This document shows, one piece after another, positions 47,685-60,900 of a DNA stretch of 64,000 nucleotides; position 1 is the stretch's first letter; every line of letters starts with the position of its first letter. The position numbers and the translations under genes were made by a program. Below the pieces are notes generated by a model. It worked only from the letters and a program-made list of their open reading frames with translations, ran no database searches and was not told the DNA's origin. Where the stretch lies: positions 25,485-89,484 of the forward strand of contig NIVC01003585.1 in NCBI GenBank assembly GCA_002269645.1, given 5' to 3'. The DNA is from Macrostomum lignano. Taxonomy: Eukaryota.

Positions 47685-47980
47685 TCTATAGTCTATGGCC
47701 GAGCCCAAGTGAGCAATAAATACGTTTCTGTAGTCTATGGCCGAGCCCAAGTGAGCAATATATACGTTTCTGTAGTCTATGGCCGGGCCCAAGTGAGGAA
47801 TAAATACGTTTTTGTAGTCTATGGCCGGGCCCAAGTGAGGAATAAATACGTTTCTGTAGTCTATGGCCGAGCCCAAGTGAGCAATAAATACGTTTCTGTA
47901 GTCTATGGTCGGGTCCAAGTGAGCAATAAATACGTTTCTGTAGTCTATGGCCGGGCCCAAGTGAGGATTTAATAAATACG
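47685..47980. repeat. 42-bp minisatellite carrying AATAAA
   Basis: About 7 copies of CTGTAGTCTATGGCCGAGCCCAAGTGAGCAATAAATACGTTT, starting about 80 bp after the glycosyltransferase stop. Confidence 0.95.
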
Positions 47981-48444
47981 TTATTCCCCGCTTGCCTCGC
48001 TTATCAACGGCAGCGACGAACGGCTAAGCGAAGACGAAGTTTATGTGTACATCCGGCTGCTAGTTTTCTGTTCGCACAGTGTATGCTCTACATCCATATA
48101 GATGAATAAATTCGTTATTTTCGAGTCCTCTGTAATTTTTAGTTCTCTACCATGGTCCGCTTCCTGCACCTGGGACGGAGAAAATCAATGATTTATTGCC
48201 CAGTAAAAAACTCTCAGACTTACGCCAGGGGCAAGTGGGAGGCACATCCAAGTTAAATCTGATTTCAAATCTTCATGCCTTACGCGCGTACGTTTTGTCA
48301 TTCAAGATTTTGCAAGAACTGAAAGGTCTACTTTAAGTAGTTCATCGTGAGGATGCTTTCAAGTAAAATAATTAAACATCAAGTTATACAATTTGCGCAG
48401 GAATAAAACGGAGTCCGTCTCAGTGTCTTTTACATGTACTATCT

Positions 48445-49130
<686 letters not shown>

Positions 49131-50254
49131 GTCTTACACAACGACAGTTCGAGCAAAAGACAGTTACACAATACTTCAACCAAAAGAGGCTACCTACTTT
49201 GAGTTTAACTTATTCAACAAGGTGCAATGTGATGCTACAAATGAACTTTTGATGTCCAAATCGAAAACTGCACTGTGAAATTTCGGATGAAAATAGTCGA
49301 CAGAGTTTCAGAGTAAACAGAGTCTTTAATTAAAGTGCATGCATGTACTTTGTTAAACAGTTTCAACGATTTTATGTACTTGCTTATCTGATTGTTGTCT
49401 ATGGTAAAATCCAGTTGAACTGGCAGAGCCAGAACGCATGAGGTTTTACCACATACAAATCGTCACTAGAAAAATCTGATTTCTCTCTACCAGCCTCCAG
49501 CAGCTCATTTCCAAGAAAGTCGATTGCAGCGTCCTTCTACTGTAACTGTCCGCGATAAATATAGATTTCGCTACGAGTACAAGCGAACGAAAGTGTAATA
49601 ATTGGAGGCACGCTAGTAAAGTTTGGCAGTCAAATAAAAAAACTGTTAGGATCAGTGCATACGTCTAAGACTTGCCATACGGTTAATCCTAGATTACGAG
49701 TTCGCAGAAGGTCTTTTATTCCGAGATACAATTTACTATCGTCATAATAGTCATAATTGTTGTATGACTATTATAGTCATAATTTATATCCCACCGTCAC
49801 ACGGTTCCAAGTGACCTAGCGCCATGGTTTAAGCTAAAAGCAGCAGAGCTCACTGCTCACTGCTTTGCGTAAGGGGGAAGGGGTCGGTACTGAGTGGTGT
49901 GCTAGATTCCAGGGTATTAACGATGTGAGCCTTGCACTGTTCAGAGGGCTATAAAACTGGTAGCTTAGAATCCATTAATCAAAATATAGAATTGTTTTGC
50001 AAAGCTCAAATTAAAAAAAAGATAGGAAGAAGGGACAATGTTTTTTTTTACTACAGAAAAATCTAATAGTTGCTGAGTTTTAACATTAGCCACAGTTTCA
50101 TAATTGGTACTATTTTCACCTTTTGAAAATATTGCGGCAGCTTTCGTTAACATGGGTACCGAAAGTGGTTATTGCAGTAATTATTGAGGCTCGATTAAAG
50201 ATCTGATATTTCATGCCCCAAATTATCTATGGCCAACGCAGTCAATGGCATAAA

Positions 50255-50970
50255 CTGTCTATGACCTAAACTGTTCATACGGTCGATACTGTCTATGACC
50301 GAAACGCCTAAACTGTCCACGGTTTAAACTATCGATGGTCTAAACTGCCTATGGCCTAAACTGTCTATGGCCTAGAGTGCCTAAGGCCTGCCTAAACTGT
50401 CTATGGCCTAAAGTGTCTATGGCCTAAACTGTCTATGGCCTAAACTGTCTACGGTCTAAACTGTCTATGTCGTATAGCCTAAACTGTTTATGGCCTAGAG
50501 TGCCTAAGGCCTGCGTAAACTGTCTATGGCCTAAAGTGTCTATGGCCTAAACTGTCTACGGTCTAAACTGTCTACGTCGTATAGCCTAAACTGTCTACGT
50601 CGTATAGCCTAAACTGTCTACGTCGTATAGCCTAAACTGTCTACGTCGTATAGCCTAAACTGTCTACGTCGTATAGCCTAAACTGTCTACGTCGTATAGC
50701 CTAAACTGTCTACGTCGTATAGCCTAAACTGTCTACGTCGTATAGCCTAAACTGTCTACGTCGTATAGCCTAAACTGTCTACGTCGTATAGCCTAAACTA
50801 TCTACGTCGTATAGCCTAAACTGTCTACGTCGTATAGCCTAAACTGTCTACGTCGTATAGCCTAAACTGTCTATGGCCTAGAGTGCCTAAGGCCTGCCTA
50901 AACTGTCTATGGCCTAGAGTGCCTAAGGCCTGCCTAAACTGTCTATGGCCTAAAGTGCCTATGGCATAAG
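50255..50970. repeat. Composite 16-bp / 23-bp minisatellite (CCTAAACTGTCTATGG / CCTAAACTGTCTACGTCGTATAG)
   Basis: Degenerate 16-mers flank about 13 homogeneous 23-mers (about 50565-50865). Confidence 0.94.
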
Positions 50971-51088
50971 TTTACAATGGCTTAAAGATCAATTGTCTAA
51001 ACTATAAGCGTCTAAATTACTTTGCTATATTATTTCAAAGTTCTTAACTGAGGTTTCTGAGTATAGCACAGCGGTCAGTGGGTCCGCT

Positions 51089-51298
51089 TGCCAAGGCTCA
51101 CGGGGAATGCTGAGATGCCAAGGCTCACGGGGAATGCTGAGATGCCAAGGCTCACGGGGAATGCTGAGATGCCAAGGCTCACAGGGAATGCTGAGATGCC
51201 AAGGCTCACGTGGAATGCTGAGATGCCAAGGCTCACGTGAGATGCCAAGGCTCACGTGAGATGCCAAGGCTCACGTGGAATGCTGAGATGCCAAGGCT
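51089..51298. repeat. 27-bp minisatellite (GCCAAGGCTCACGGGGAATGCTGAGAT)
   Basis: About 8 copies, two of them shortened. Confidence 0.93.
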
Positions 51299-52057
51299 GT
51301 CGTAGCAGTCAGTGAGGTGGCTGTTTGTGGCAGAAGGTAAAGCACAGATCAATAGTAAATAAAAAATGCTTTGCTCCCAAAAACCACCAAAGTAACCCTA
51401 AGTTTTGCATTCCCTTTGAAGCGATCCGGTCGGAACTGAAGGGCGCGCTTGACTTGCTGATTCATGCCTCTTGGCTACTGACTCAGCTGGAAGCTGGAGG
51501 GCTCAACTCTCCGGTGGACCTTTTATGCCCCTCAGTTGATTCTAATAGCTATTGGTCTGAATTATTAATTTATGAGACCAGCACAGCTGGCTTCTGTGAA
51601 ACGAGATCTGACACAGGTTGTGAGAGTAAGCCCTGTCCCGTGTTTTTTAAGGCCGCTACTTCGGTATTTACCTGTGCAGCCACTTCCACAGTGCCGCGTT
51701 TTCTGTTACTAACGTGCGCGGGAGTAATTTTTTTGCCTTGCCTATGCTTGCCTACTGAAGCTGTTTGGGTCCTCTGAGAAACCTCTGAGCTGGCGACTGT
51801 GAATCCCTCATTGCCCACATGGCTACACGCAGAGCGGCAACAGAGCAATCTTTGATCGCTTTCTAAGCACTCACTAAGCACTCTCTGAGAACTCACTGAG
51901 CACCCTCTGACCACCCTCTGAGCACTCACTGAGCACCCTCTGACCACCCTCTGAGCACCCTATGAGCACTCTTTGAGCCTCTAAACAGCCTTTAAAGGGC
52001 CACAAACTCTGTGACCAAGGACGACTAAAGTCTGTGACTGATCCAACATCTTGCAAA

Positions 52058-52490
52058 TGAGCACCCAACCTGTAACTGAGCACCCAACCTGTAACTGAGC
52101 ACCCAACCTGTAACTGAGCACCCAACCTGTAACTGAGCACCCAACCTGTAACTGAGCACCCAACCTGTAACTGAGCACCCAACCTGTAACTGAGCACCCA
52201 ACCTGTAACTGAGCACCCAACCTGTAACTGAGCACCCAACCTGTAACTGAGCACCCAACCTGTAACTGAGCACCCAACCTGTAACTGAGCACCCAACCTG
52301 TAACTGAGCACCCAACCTGTAACTGAGCACCCAACCTGTAACTGAGCACCCATAACCTGTAACTGAGCGCACACTCGGTAATTCTGAGCGCACACTCGGT
52401 AATTCTGAGCGCACACTCGGTAACTGAGCACACAACATGTAACTGAGCACACAACATGTAACTGAGCACACACCCTGTAACTGAGCACAC
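52058..52490. repeat. 19-bp minisatellite (GAGCACCCAACCTGTAACT)
   Basis: About 15 perfect copies followed by degenerate copies. Confidence 0.96.
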
Positions 52491-53096
52491 TCTAGGCCGT
52501 ATGCAGAAAGCTCTGTCTAGGGTAGTCCGGTCTTGAAAAGCTAGTCTAGACTTGGATTTGGTATGCAGAAACACAAAGTTAGACCGGTCTACTATAGACA
52601 TAACTAAGGTAGCTAGACCATAGACTATAGACTGAACACCCAAGTCCGGACTAGCTAGTCTGGACTAGGCTTTATACATACGGCCCTCTGTAACTGAGCA
52701 CACCCATTGCAAGGAAGGACTTAATGCTCCCGCAGTTACAAAGCGGCAGAGCTTGCACGCATGTCAGCAATCCAAATTTGACCAAAACCTGATTCCCTTA
52801 GTTTCCTATTGGCCCGAAATTCCTATTGGGTAGCTACTTCAGTAGAAATGGGATTTTTATCCCTTTAAAAAACTGGGCCTTCTGGCCCCATGGCTTCTAA
52901 AAAATCTCTGCGCACCGCACCGGACAACAGGCTGCAGATCTCAGCACGGACTCCGCAACTCAAAGTGAGCAGGTTTTGTATGTTCCACAGAGATTCGGGC
53001 AGGCACGCCCGGCAGCCACCTGTCCTTGGCGCTTTCTCACAGCCCACGCAATCCCCGACACGCTCTAATCTGGCTGGCAGCCCAGATTGTCAGCTT

Positions 53097-53097
<1 letters not shown>

Positions 53098-53175
<78 letters not shown>
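53098..53175. repeat. (TC)n dinucleotide microsatellite
   Basis: About 37 units. Confidence 0.97.
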
Positions 53176-53177
<2 letters not shown>

Positions 53178-53595
53178 ACTGTTTTTCATATTTCTGGTTC
53201 TGGCGAATGCCGAATGAGCACCAGCGGAAGCCCCAGCTGCGGCTGTTGGGCACGCGCAGACTTGCCAGGCAGAGCAGATTATGCTAATTGATTGATTGCT
53301 GGGGCGCGCCAGCTCAGCCATTAGTTTGAAGGGATGGAGAGGAGAGGCTGGAGGTCAGTGGGCTTGGCTGAGAGGGCAGGGGTTGGGCTGCAATTAGTTT
53401 CTGCTTTCGCCTGGCACAGTAACCAGTGGGAACCAGATAGTGTGAGTGGTTGAGCAGTGGGACAGAGCAGATGGATGCAGCCGAGTAGTGAAAATGCGGT
53501 TTCATTAATAATTATGCGTTTTGGACGCTTTTTCCTTTGTTATTTAAAAAAATAGCTCGCTAAAATCTAATCTCTTGGCGTCTGAGCTCGAGTAA

Positions 53596-54602
53596 GTGAA
53601 TCTAAAGAGATTTGTAGATCAGTCCTAGTGAATCTAAAGAGATGTGTAGATCAGTCCTAGAAAATCTACACAGAGATGTGTAGATCAGTCCTAGAAAATC
53701 TACACAGAGATGTGTAGATCAGTCCTAGTGAATCTAAAGAGATGTGTAGATCAGTCCTAGAAAATCTACACAGAGATGTGTAGATCAGTCCTAGTGAATC
53801 TAAAGAGATGTGTAGATCAGTCCTAGTAATTCTATACAGAGATGTGTAGATCAGTCCTAGTAATTCTATACAGAGATGTGTAGATCAGTCCTAGTAATTC
53901 TACACAGAGATGTGTAGATCAGTCCTAGTGAATCTAAAGAGATGTGTAGATCAGTCCTAGTGAATCTAAAGAGATGTGTAGATCAGTCCTAGTGAATCTA
54001 AAGAGATGTGTAGATCAGTCCTAGTGAATCTAAAGAGATGTGTAGATCAGTCCTAGTGAATCTAAAGAGATGTGTAGATCAGTCCTAGTGAATCTAAAGA
54101 GATGTGTAGATCAGTCCTAGTGAATCTAAAGAGATGTGTAGATCAGTCCTAGTGAATCTAAAGAGATGTGTAGATCAGTCCTAGTGAATCTAAAGAGATG
54201 TGTAGATCAGTCCTAGTAATTCTACACAGAGATGTGTAGATCAGTCCTAGTAAATCTACACAGAGATGTGCAGATCAGTCCTAGTAAATCTACACAGAGA
54301 TGTGTAGATCAGTCCTAGTAATTCTACACAGAGATGTGTAGATCAGTCCTAGTAAATCTACACAGAGATGTGCAGATCAGTCCTAGTAAATCTACACAGA
54401 GATGTGCAGATCAGTCCTAGTAAATCTACACAGAGATGTGCAGATCAGTCCTAGTAAATCTACACAGAGATGTGCAGATCAGTCCTAGTAATTCTACACA
54501 GAGATGTGTAGATCAGTCCTAGTAAATCTACACAGAGATGTGTAGATCAGTCGTAGAAAATCTACACAGAGATGTGCAGATCAGTCCTAGTGAATCTACA
54601 CA
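53596..54602. repeat. 32/34-bp minisatellite (GAGATGTGTAGATCAGTCCTAGTGAATCTAAA)
   Basis: About 30 copies in two length classes. Confidence 0.97.
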
Positions 54603-54924
54603 GCTTTGGTAATACACAAAGGCTATGCAATATCTGATATGAGCTTGTAAGTAGTAAAACGCATGAAAGTTTTTATTCCAAAAAATGAATAATTCATGCA
54701 GAAGCATGCAACAAAAAATCTTAATTCTAGTAGCAAGAAGCGCTCTTTAAAAAAAGCATTTTCCCTCTTTTTTGAAGAAGCAAAGGAAATGTGTAGAACA
54801 AAAAACCTTAAGCTGCAGTGACGCATGCAGAGGAAAATTCATTTCAATCTGCATTTTCACGTTCTTCGTAATAAAACTGCTTTCAGCAACTAAGAAAGAC
54901 GACTGAACCGGAACTGCCTAAACT

Positions 54925-57900
54925 GATTGGACCGCTGCTCCCCTGAGGTCCTCAGCTTTGAGTAGTGTAGGACCGATTGGGCCGCTGCTCCCCTCAGGTC
55001 CTCAGCTTTGAGTAGTGTAGGACCGATTGGGGCCGCTGCTCCCCTGAAGTCCTCAGCTTTGAGTAGTGTAAGACCGATTGGGCCGCTGCTCCCCCTGAGG
55101 TCCTCAGCTTTGAGTAGTGTAGGACCGATTGGGCCGCTGCTCCCCTGAGGTCCTCAGCTTTGAGTAGTGTAGGACCGATTGGGCCGCTGCTCCCCTGAGG
55201 TCCTCAGCTTTGAGTAGTGTAGGACCGATTGGACCGCTGCTCCCCTCAGGTCCTCAGCTTTGAGTAGTGTAGGACCGATTGGGCCGCTGCTCCCCCTGAG
55301 GTCCTCAGCTTTGAGTAGTGTAGGACCGATTGGGCCGCTGCTCCCCTCAGGTCCTCAGCTTTGAGTAGTGTAGGACCGATTGGGCCGCTGCTCCCCTCAG
55401 GTCCTCAGCTTTGAGTAGTGTAGGACCGATTGGGCCGCTGCTCCCCTCAGGTCCTCAGCTTTGAGTAGTGTAAGACCGATTGGGGCCGCTGCTCCCCTCA
55501 GGTCCTCAGCTTTGAGTAGTGTAAGACCGATTGGGGCCGCTGCTCCCCTCAGGTCCTCAGCTTTGAGTAGTGTAGGACCGATTGGGCCGCTGCTCCCCTC
55601 AGGTCCTCAGCTTTGAGTAGTGTAGGACCGATTGGGGCCGCTGCTCCCCTCAGGTCCTCAGCTTTGAGTAGTGTAGGACCGATTGGGCCGCTGCTCCCCT
55701 CAGGTCCTCAGCTTTGAGTAGTGTAGGACCGATTGGGCCGCTGCTCCCCTCAGGTCCTCAGCTTTGAGTAGTGTAGGACCGATTGGGCCGCTGCTCCCCC
55801 TCAGGTCCTCAGCTTTGAGTAGTGTAGGACCGATTGGGCCGCTGCTCCCCTCAGGTCCTCAGCTTTGAGTAGTGTAAGACCGATTGGGCCGCTGCTCCCC
55901 TCAGGTCCTCAGCTTTGAGTAGTGTAGGACCGATTGGGCCGCTGCTCCCCTGAGGTCCTCAGCTTTGAGTAGTGTAGGACCGATTGGGCCGCTGCTCCCC
56001 TGAGGTCCTCAGCTTTGAGTAGTGTAGGACCGATTGGGCCGCTGCTCCCCTCAGGTCCTCAGCTTTGAGTAGTGTAGGACCGATTGGGCCGCTGCTCCCC
56101 TCAGGTCCTCAGCTTTGAGTAGTGTAGGACCGATTGGGCCGCTGCTCCCCTCAGGTCCTCAGCTTTGAGTAGTGTAGGACCGATTGGGCCGCTGCTCCCC
56201 TCAGGTCCTCAGCTTTGAGTAGTGTAGGACCGATTGGGCCGCTGCTCCCCTCAGGTCCTCAGCTTTGAGTAGTGTAGGACCGATTGGGCCGCTGCTCCCC
56301 TCAGGTCCTCAGCTTTGAGTAGTGTAGGACCGATTGGGCCGCTGCTCCCCTCAGGTCCTCAGCTTTGAGTAGTGTAGGACCGATTGGGCCGCTGCTCCCC
56401 TCAGGTCCTCAGCTTTGAGTAGTGTAGGACCGATTGGGCCGCTGCTCCCCTCAGGTCCTCAGCTTTGAGTAGTGTAGGACCGATTGGGCCGCTGCTCCCC
56501 TCAGGTCCTCAGCTTTGAGTAGTGTAGGACCGATTGGGCCGCTGCTCCCCCTGAGGTCCTCAGCTTTGAGTAGTGTAGGACCGATTGGGCCGCTGCTCCC
56601 CTCAGGTCCTCAGCTTTGAGTAGTGTAGGACCGATTGGGCCGCTGCTCCCCTCAGGTCCTCAGCTTTGAGTAGTGTAGGACCGATTGGGCCGCTGCTCCC
56701 CTCAGGTCCTCAGCTTTGAGTAGTGTAGGACCGATTGGGCCGCTGCTCCCCTGAGGTCCTCAGCTTTGAGTAGTGTAGGACCGATTGGGCCGCTGCTCCC
56801 CTGAGGTCCTCAGCTTTGAGTAGTGTAGGACCGATTGGGCCGCTGCTCCCCTGAGGTCCTCAGCTTTGAGTAGTGTAGGACCGATTGGGCCGCTGCTCCC
56901 CTGAGGTCCTCAGCTTTGAGTAGTGTAGGACCGATTGGGCCGCTGCTCCCCTGAGGTCCTCAGCTTTGAGTAGTGTAGGACCGATTGGGCCGCTGCTCCC
57001 CTCAGGTCCTCAGCTTTGAGTAGTGTAGGACCGATTGGGCCGCTGCTCCCCTCAGGTCCTCAGCTTTGAGTAGTGTAGGACCGATTGGGCCGCTGCTCCC
57101 CTCAGGTCCTCAGCTTTGAGTAGTGTAGGACCGATTGGGCCGCTGCTCCCCTCAGGTCCTCAGCTTTGAGTAGTGTAGGACCGATTGGGCCGCTGCTCCC
57201 CTCAGGTCCTCAGCTTTGAGTAGTGTAGGACCGATTGGGCCGCTGCTCCCCTCAGGTCCTCAGCTTTGAGTAGTGTAGGACCGATTGGGCCGCTGCTCCC
57301 CTCAGGTCCTCAGCTTTGAGTAGTGTAGGACCGATTGGGCCGCTGCTCCCCTCAGGTCCTCAGCTTTGAGTAGTGTAGGACCGATTGGGCCGCTGCTCCC
57401 CTGAGGTCCTCAGCTTTGAGTAGTGTAGGACCGATTGGGCCGCTGCTCCCCTGAGGTCCTCAGCTTTGAGTAGTGTAGGACCGATTGGGCCGCTGCTCCC
57501 CCTGAGGTCCTCAGCTTTGAGTAGTGTAGGACCGATTGGGCCGCTGCTCCCCTCAGGTCCTCAGCTTTGAGTAGTGTAGGACCGATTGGGCCGCTGCTCC
57601 CCTCAGGTCCTCAGCTTTGAGTAGTGTAGGACCGATTGGGCCGCTGCTCCCCCTGAGGTCCTCAGCTTTGAGTAGTGTAGGACCGATTGGGCCGCTGCTC
57701 CCCTCAGGTCCTCAGCTTTGAGTAGTGTAGGACCGATTGGGCCGCTGCTCCCCTCAGGTCCTCAGCTTTGAGTAGTGTAGGACCGATTGGGCCGCTGCTC
57801 CCCTCAGGTCCTCAGCTTTGAGTAGTGTAGGACCGATTGGGCCGCTGCTCCCCTGAGGTCCTCAGCTTTGAGTAGTGTAGGACCGATTGGGCCGCTGCTC

Positions 57901-60900
57901 CCCTCAGGTCCTCAGCTTTGAGTAGTGTAGGACCGATTGGGGCCGCTGCTCCCCTCAGGTCCTCAGCTTTGAGTAGTGTAGGACCGATTGGGCCGCTGCT
58001 CCCCTCAGGTCCTCAGCTTTGAGTAGTGTAGGACCGATTGGGCCGCTGCTCCCCCTGAGGTCCTCAGCTTTGAGTAGTGTAGGACCGATTGGGCCGCTGC
58101 TCCCCTCAGGTCCTCAGCTTTGAGTAGTGTAGGACCGATTGGGCCGCTGCTCCCCTCAGGTCCTCAGCTTTGAGTAGTGTAGGACCGATTGGGCCGCTGC
58201 TCCCCTGAGGTCCTCAGCTTTGAGTAGTGTAGGACCGATTGGGCCGCTGCTCCCCTCAGGTCCTCAGCTTTGAGTAGTGTAGGACCGATTGGGCCGCTGC
58301 TCCCCTGAGGTCCTCAGCTTTGAGTAGTGTAGGACCGATTGGGCCGCTGCTCCCCTCAGGTCCTCAGCTTTGAGTAGTGTAGGACCGATTGGGCCGCTGC
58401 TCCCCTGAGGTCCTCAGCTTTGAGTAGTGTAGGACCGATTGGGCCGCTGCTCCCCTCAGGTCCTCAGCTTTGAGTAGTGTAGGACCGATTGGGCCGCTGC
58501 TCCCCTCAGGTCCTCAGCTTTGAGTAGTGTAGGACCGATTGGGCCGCTGCTCCCCTGAGGTCCTCAGCTTTGAGTAGTGTAGGACCGATTGGGCCGCTGC
58601 TCCCCTGAGGTCCTCAGCTTTGAGTAGTGTAGGACCGATTGGGCCGCTGCTCCCCTGAGGTCCTCAGCTTTGAGTAGTGTAGGACCGATTGGGCCGCTGC
58701 TCCCCTCAGGTCCTCAGCTTTGAGTAGTGTAGGACCGATTGGGCCGCTGCTCCCCTGAGGTCCTCAGCTTTGAGTAGTGTAGGACCGATTGGGCCGCTGC
58801 TCCCCTCAGGTCCTCAGCTTTGAGTAGTGTAGGACCGATTGGGCCGCTGCTCCCCTCAGGTCCTCAGCTTTGAGTAGTGTAGGACCGATTGGGCCGCTGC
58901 TCCCCTGAGGTCCTCAGCTTTGAGTAGTGTAGGACCGATTGGGCCGCTGCTCCCCTCAGGTCCTCAGCTTTGAGTAGTGTAGGACCGATTGGGCCGCTGC
59001 TCCCCTGAGGTCCTCAGCTTTGAGTAGTGTAGGACCGATTGGGCCGCTGCTCCCCTCAGGTCCTCAGCTTTGAGTAGTGTAGGACCGATTGGGCCGCTGC
59101 TCCCCTCAGGTCCTCAGCTTTGAGTAGTGTAGGACCGATTGGGCCGCTGCTCCCCTCAGGTCCTCAGCTTTGAGTAGTGTAGGACCGATTGGGCCGCTGC
59201 TCCCCTGAGGTCCTCAGCTTTGAGTAGTGTAGGACCGATTGGGCCGCTGCTCCCCTCAGGTCCTCAGCTTTGAGTAGTGTAGGACCGATTGGGCCGCTGC
59301 TCCCCTCAGGTCCTCAGCTTTGAGTAGTGTAGGACCGATTGGGCCGCTGCTCCCCTGAGGTCCTCAGCTTTGAGTAGTGTAGGACCGATTGGGCCGCTGC
59401 TCCCCTCAGGTCCTCAGCTTTGAGTAGTGTAGGACCGATTGGGCCGCTGCTCCCCTGAGGTCCTCAGCTTTGAGTAGTGTAGGACCGATTGGGCCGCTGC
59501 TCCCCTCAGGTCCTCAGCTTTGAGTAGTGTAGGACCGATTGGGCCGCTGCTCCCCTCAGGTCCTCAGCTTTGAGTAGTGTAGGACCGATTGGGCCGCTGC
59601 TCCCCTCAGGTCCTCAGCTTTGAGTAGTGTAGGACCGATTGGGCCGCTGCTCCCCTGAGGTCCTCAGCTTTGAGTAGTGTAGGACCGATTGGGCCGCTGC
59701 TCCCCCTGAGGTCCTCAGCTTTGAGTAGTGTAGGACCGATTGGGCCGCTGCTCCCCTGAGGTCCTCAGCTTTGAGTAGTGTAGGACCGATTGGGCCGCTG
59801 CTCCCCTGAGGTCCTCAGCTTTGAGTAGTGTAGGACCGATTGGGCCGCTGCTCCCCTCAGGTCCTCAGCTTTGAGTAGTGTAGGACCGATTGGGCCGCTG
59901 CTCCCCTGAGGTCCTCAGCTTTGAGTAGTGTAGGACCGATTGGGCCGCTGCTCCCCTCAGGTCCTCAGCTTTGAGTAGTGTAGGACCGATTGGGCCGCTG
60001 CTCCCCTGAGGTCCTCAGCTTTGAGTAGTGTAGGACCGATTGGGCCGCTGCTCCCCTGAGGTCCTCAGCTTTGAGTAGTGTAGACCGATTGGGCCGCTGC
60101 TCCCCTGAGGTCCTCAGCTTTGAGTAGTGTAGGACCGATTGGGCCGCTGCTCCCCTCAGGTCCTCAGCTTTGAGTAGTGTAGGACCGATTGGGCCGCTGC
60201 TCCCCTGAGGTCCTCAGCTTTGAGTAGTGTAGGACCGATTGGGGCCGCTGCTCCCCTCAGGTCCTCAGCTTTGAGTAGTGTAGGACCGATTGGGCCGCTG
60301 CTCCCCTGAGGTCCTCAGCTTTGAGTAGTGTAGGACCGATTGGGCCGCTGCTCCCCTCAGGTCCTCAGCTTTGAGTAGTGTAGGACCGATTGGGCCGCTG
60401 CTCCCCTGAGGTCCTCAGCTTTGAGTAGTGTAGGACCGATTGGGCCGCTGCTCCCCTCAGGTCCTCAGCTTTGAGTAGTGTAGGACCGATTGGGCCGCTG
60501 CTCCCCTGAGGTCCTCAGCTTTGAGTAGTGTAGGACCGATTGGGCCGCTGCTCCCCTCAGGTCCTCAGCTTTGAGTAGTGTAGGACCGATTGGGCCGCTG
60601 CTCCCCTGAGGTCCTCAGCTTTGAGTAGTGTAGGACGATTGGGCCGCTGCTCCCCTCAGGTCCTCAGCTTTGAGTAGTGTAGGACCGATTGGGCCGCTGC
60701 TCCCCTCAGGTCCTCAGCTTTGAGTAGTGTAGGACCGATTGGGCCGCTGCTCCCCTCAGGTCCTCAGCTTTGAGTAGTGTAGGACCGATTGGGCCGCTGC
60801 TCCCCCTCAGGTCCTCAGCTTTGAGTAGTGTAGGACCGATTGGGCCGCTGCTCCCCTGAGGTCCTCAGCTTTGAGTAGTGTAGGACCGATTGGGCCGCTG

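Noticed and set aside
51325-51947. 150-aa (+) and 125-aa (-) ORFs between minisatellites
   Set aside because: No domain is recognisable and one ORF starts within repeats. A hidden exon cannot be excluded but is unsupported.
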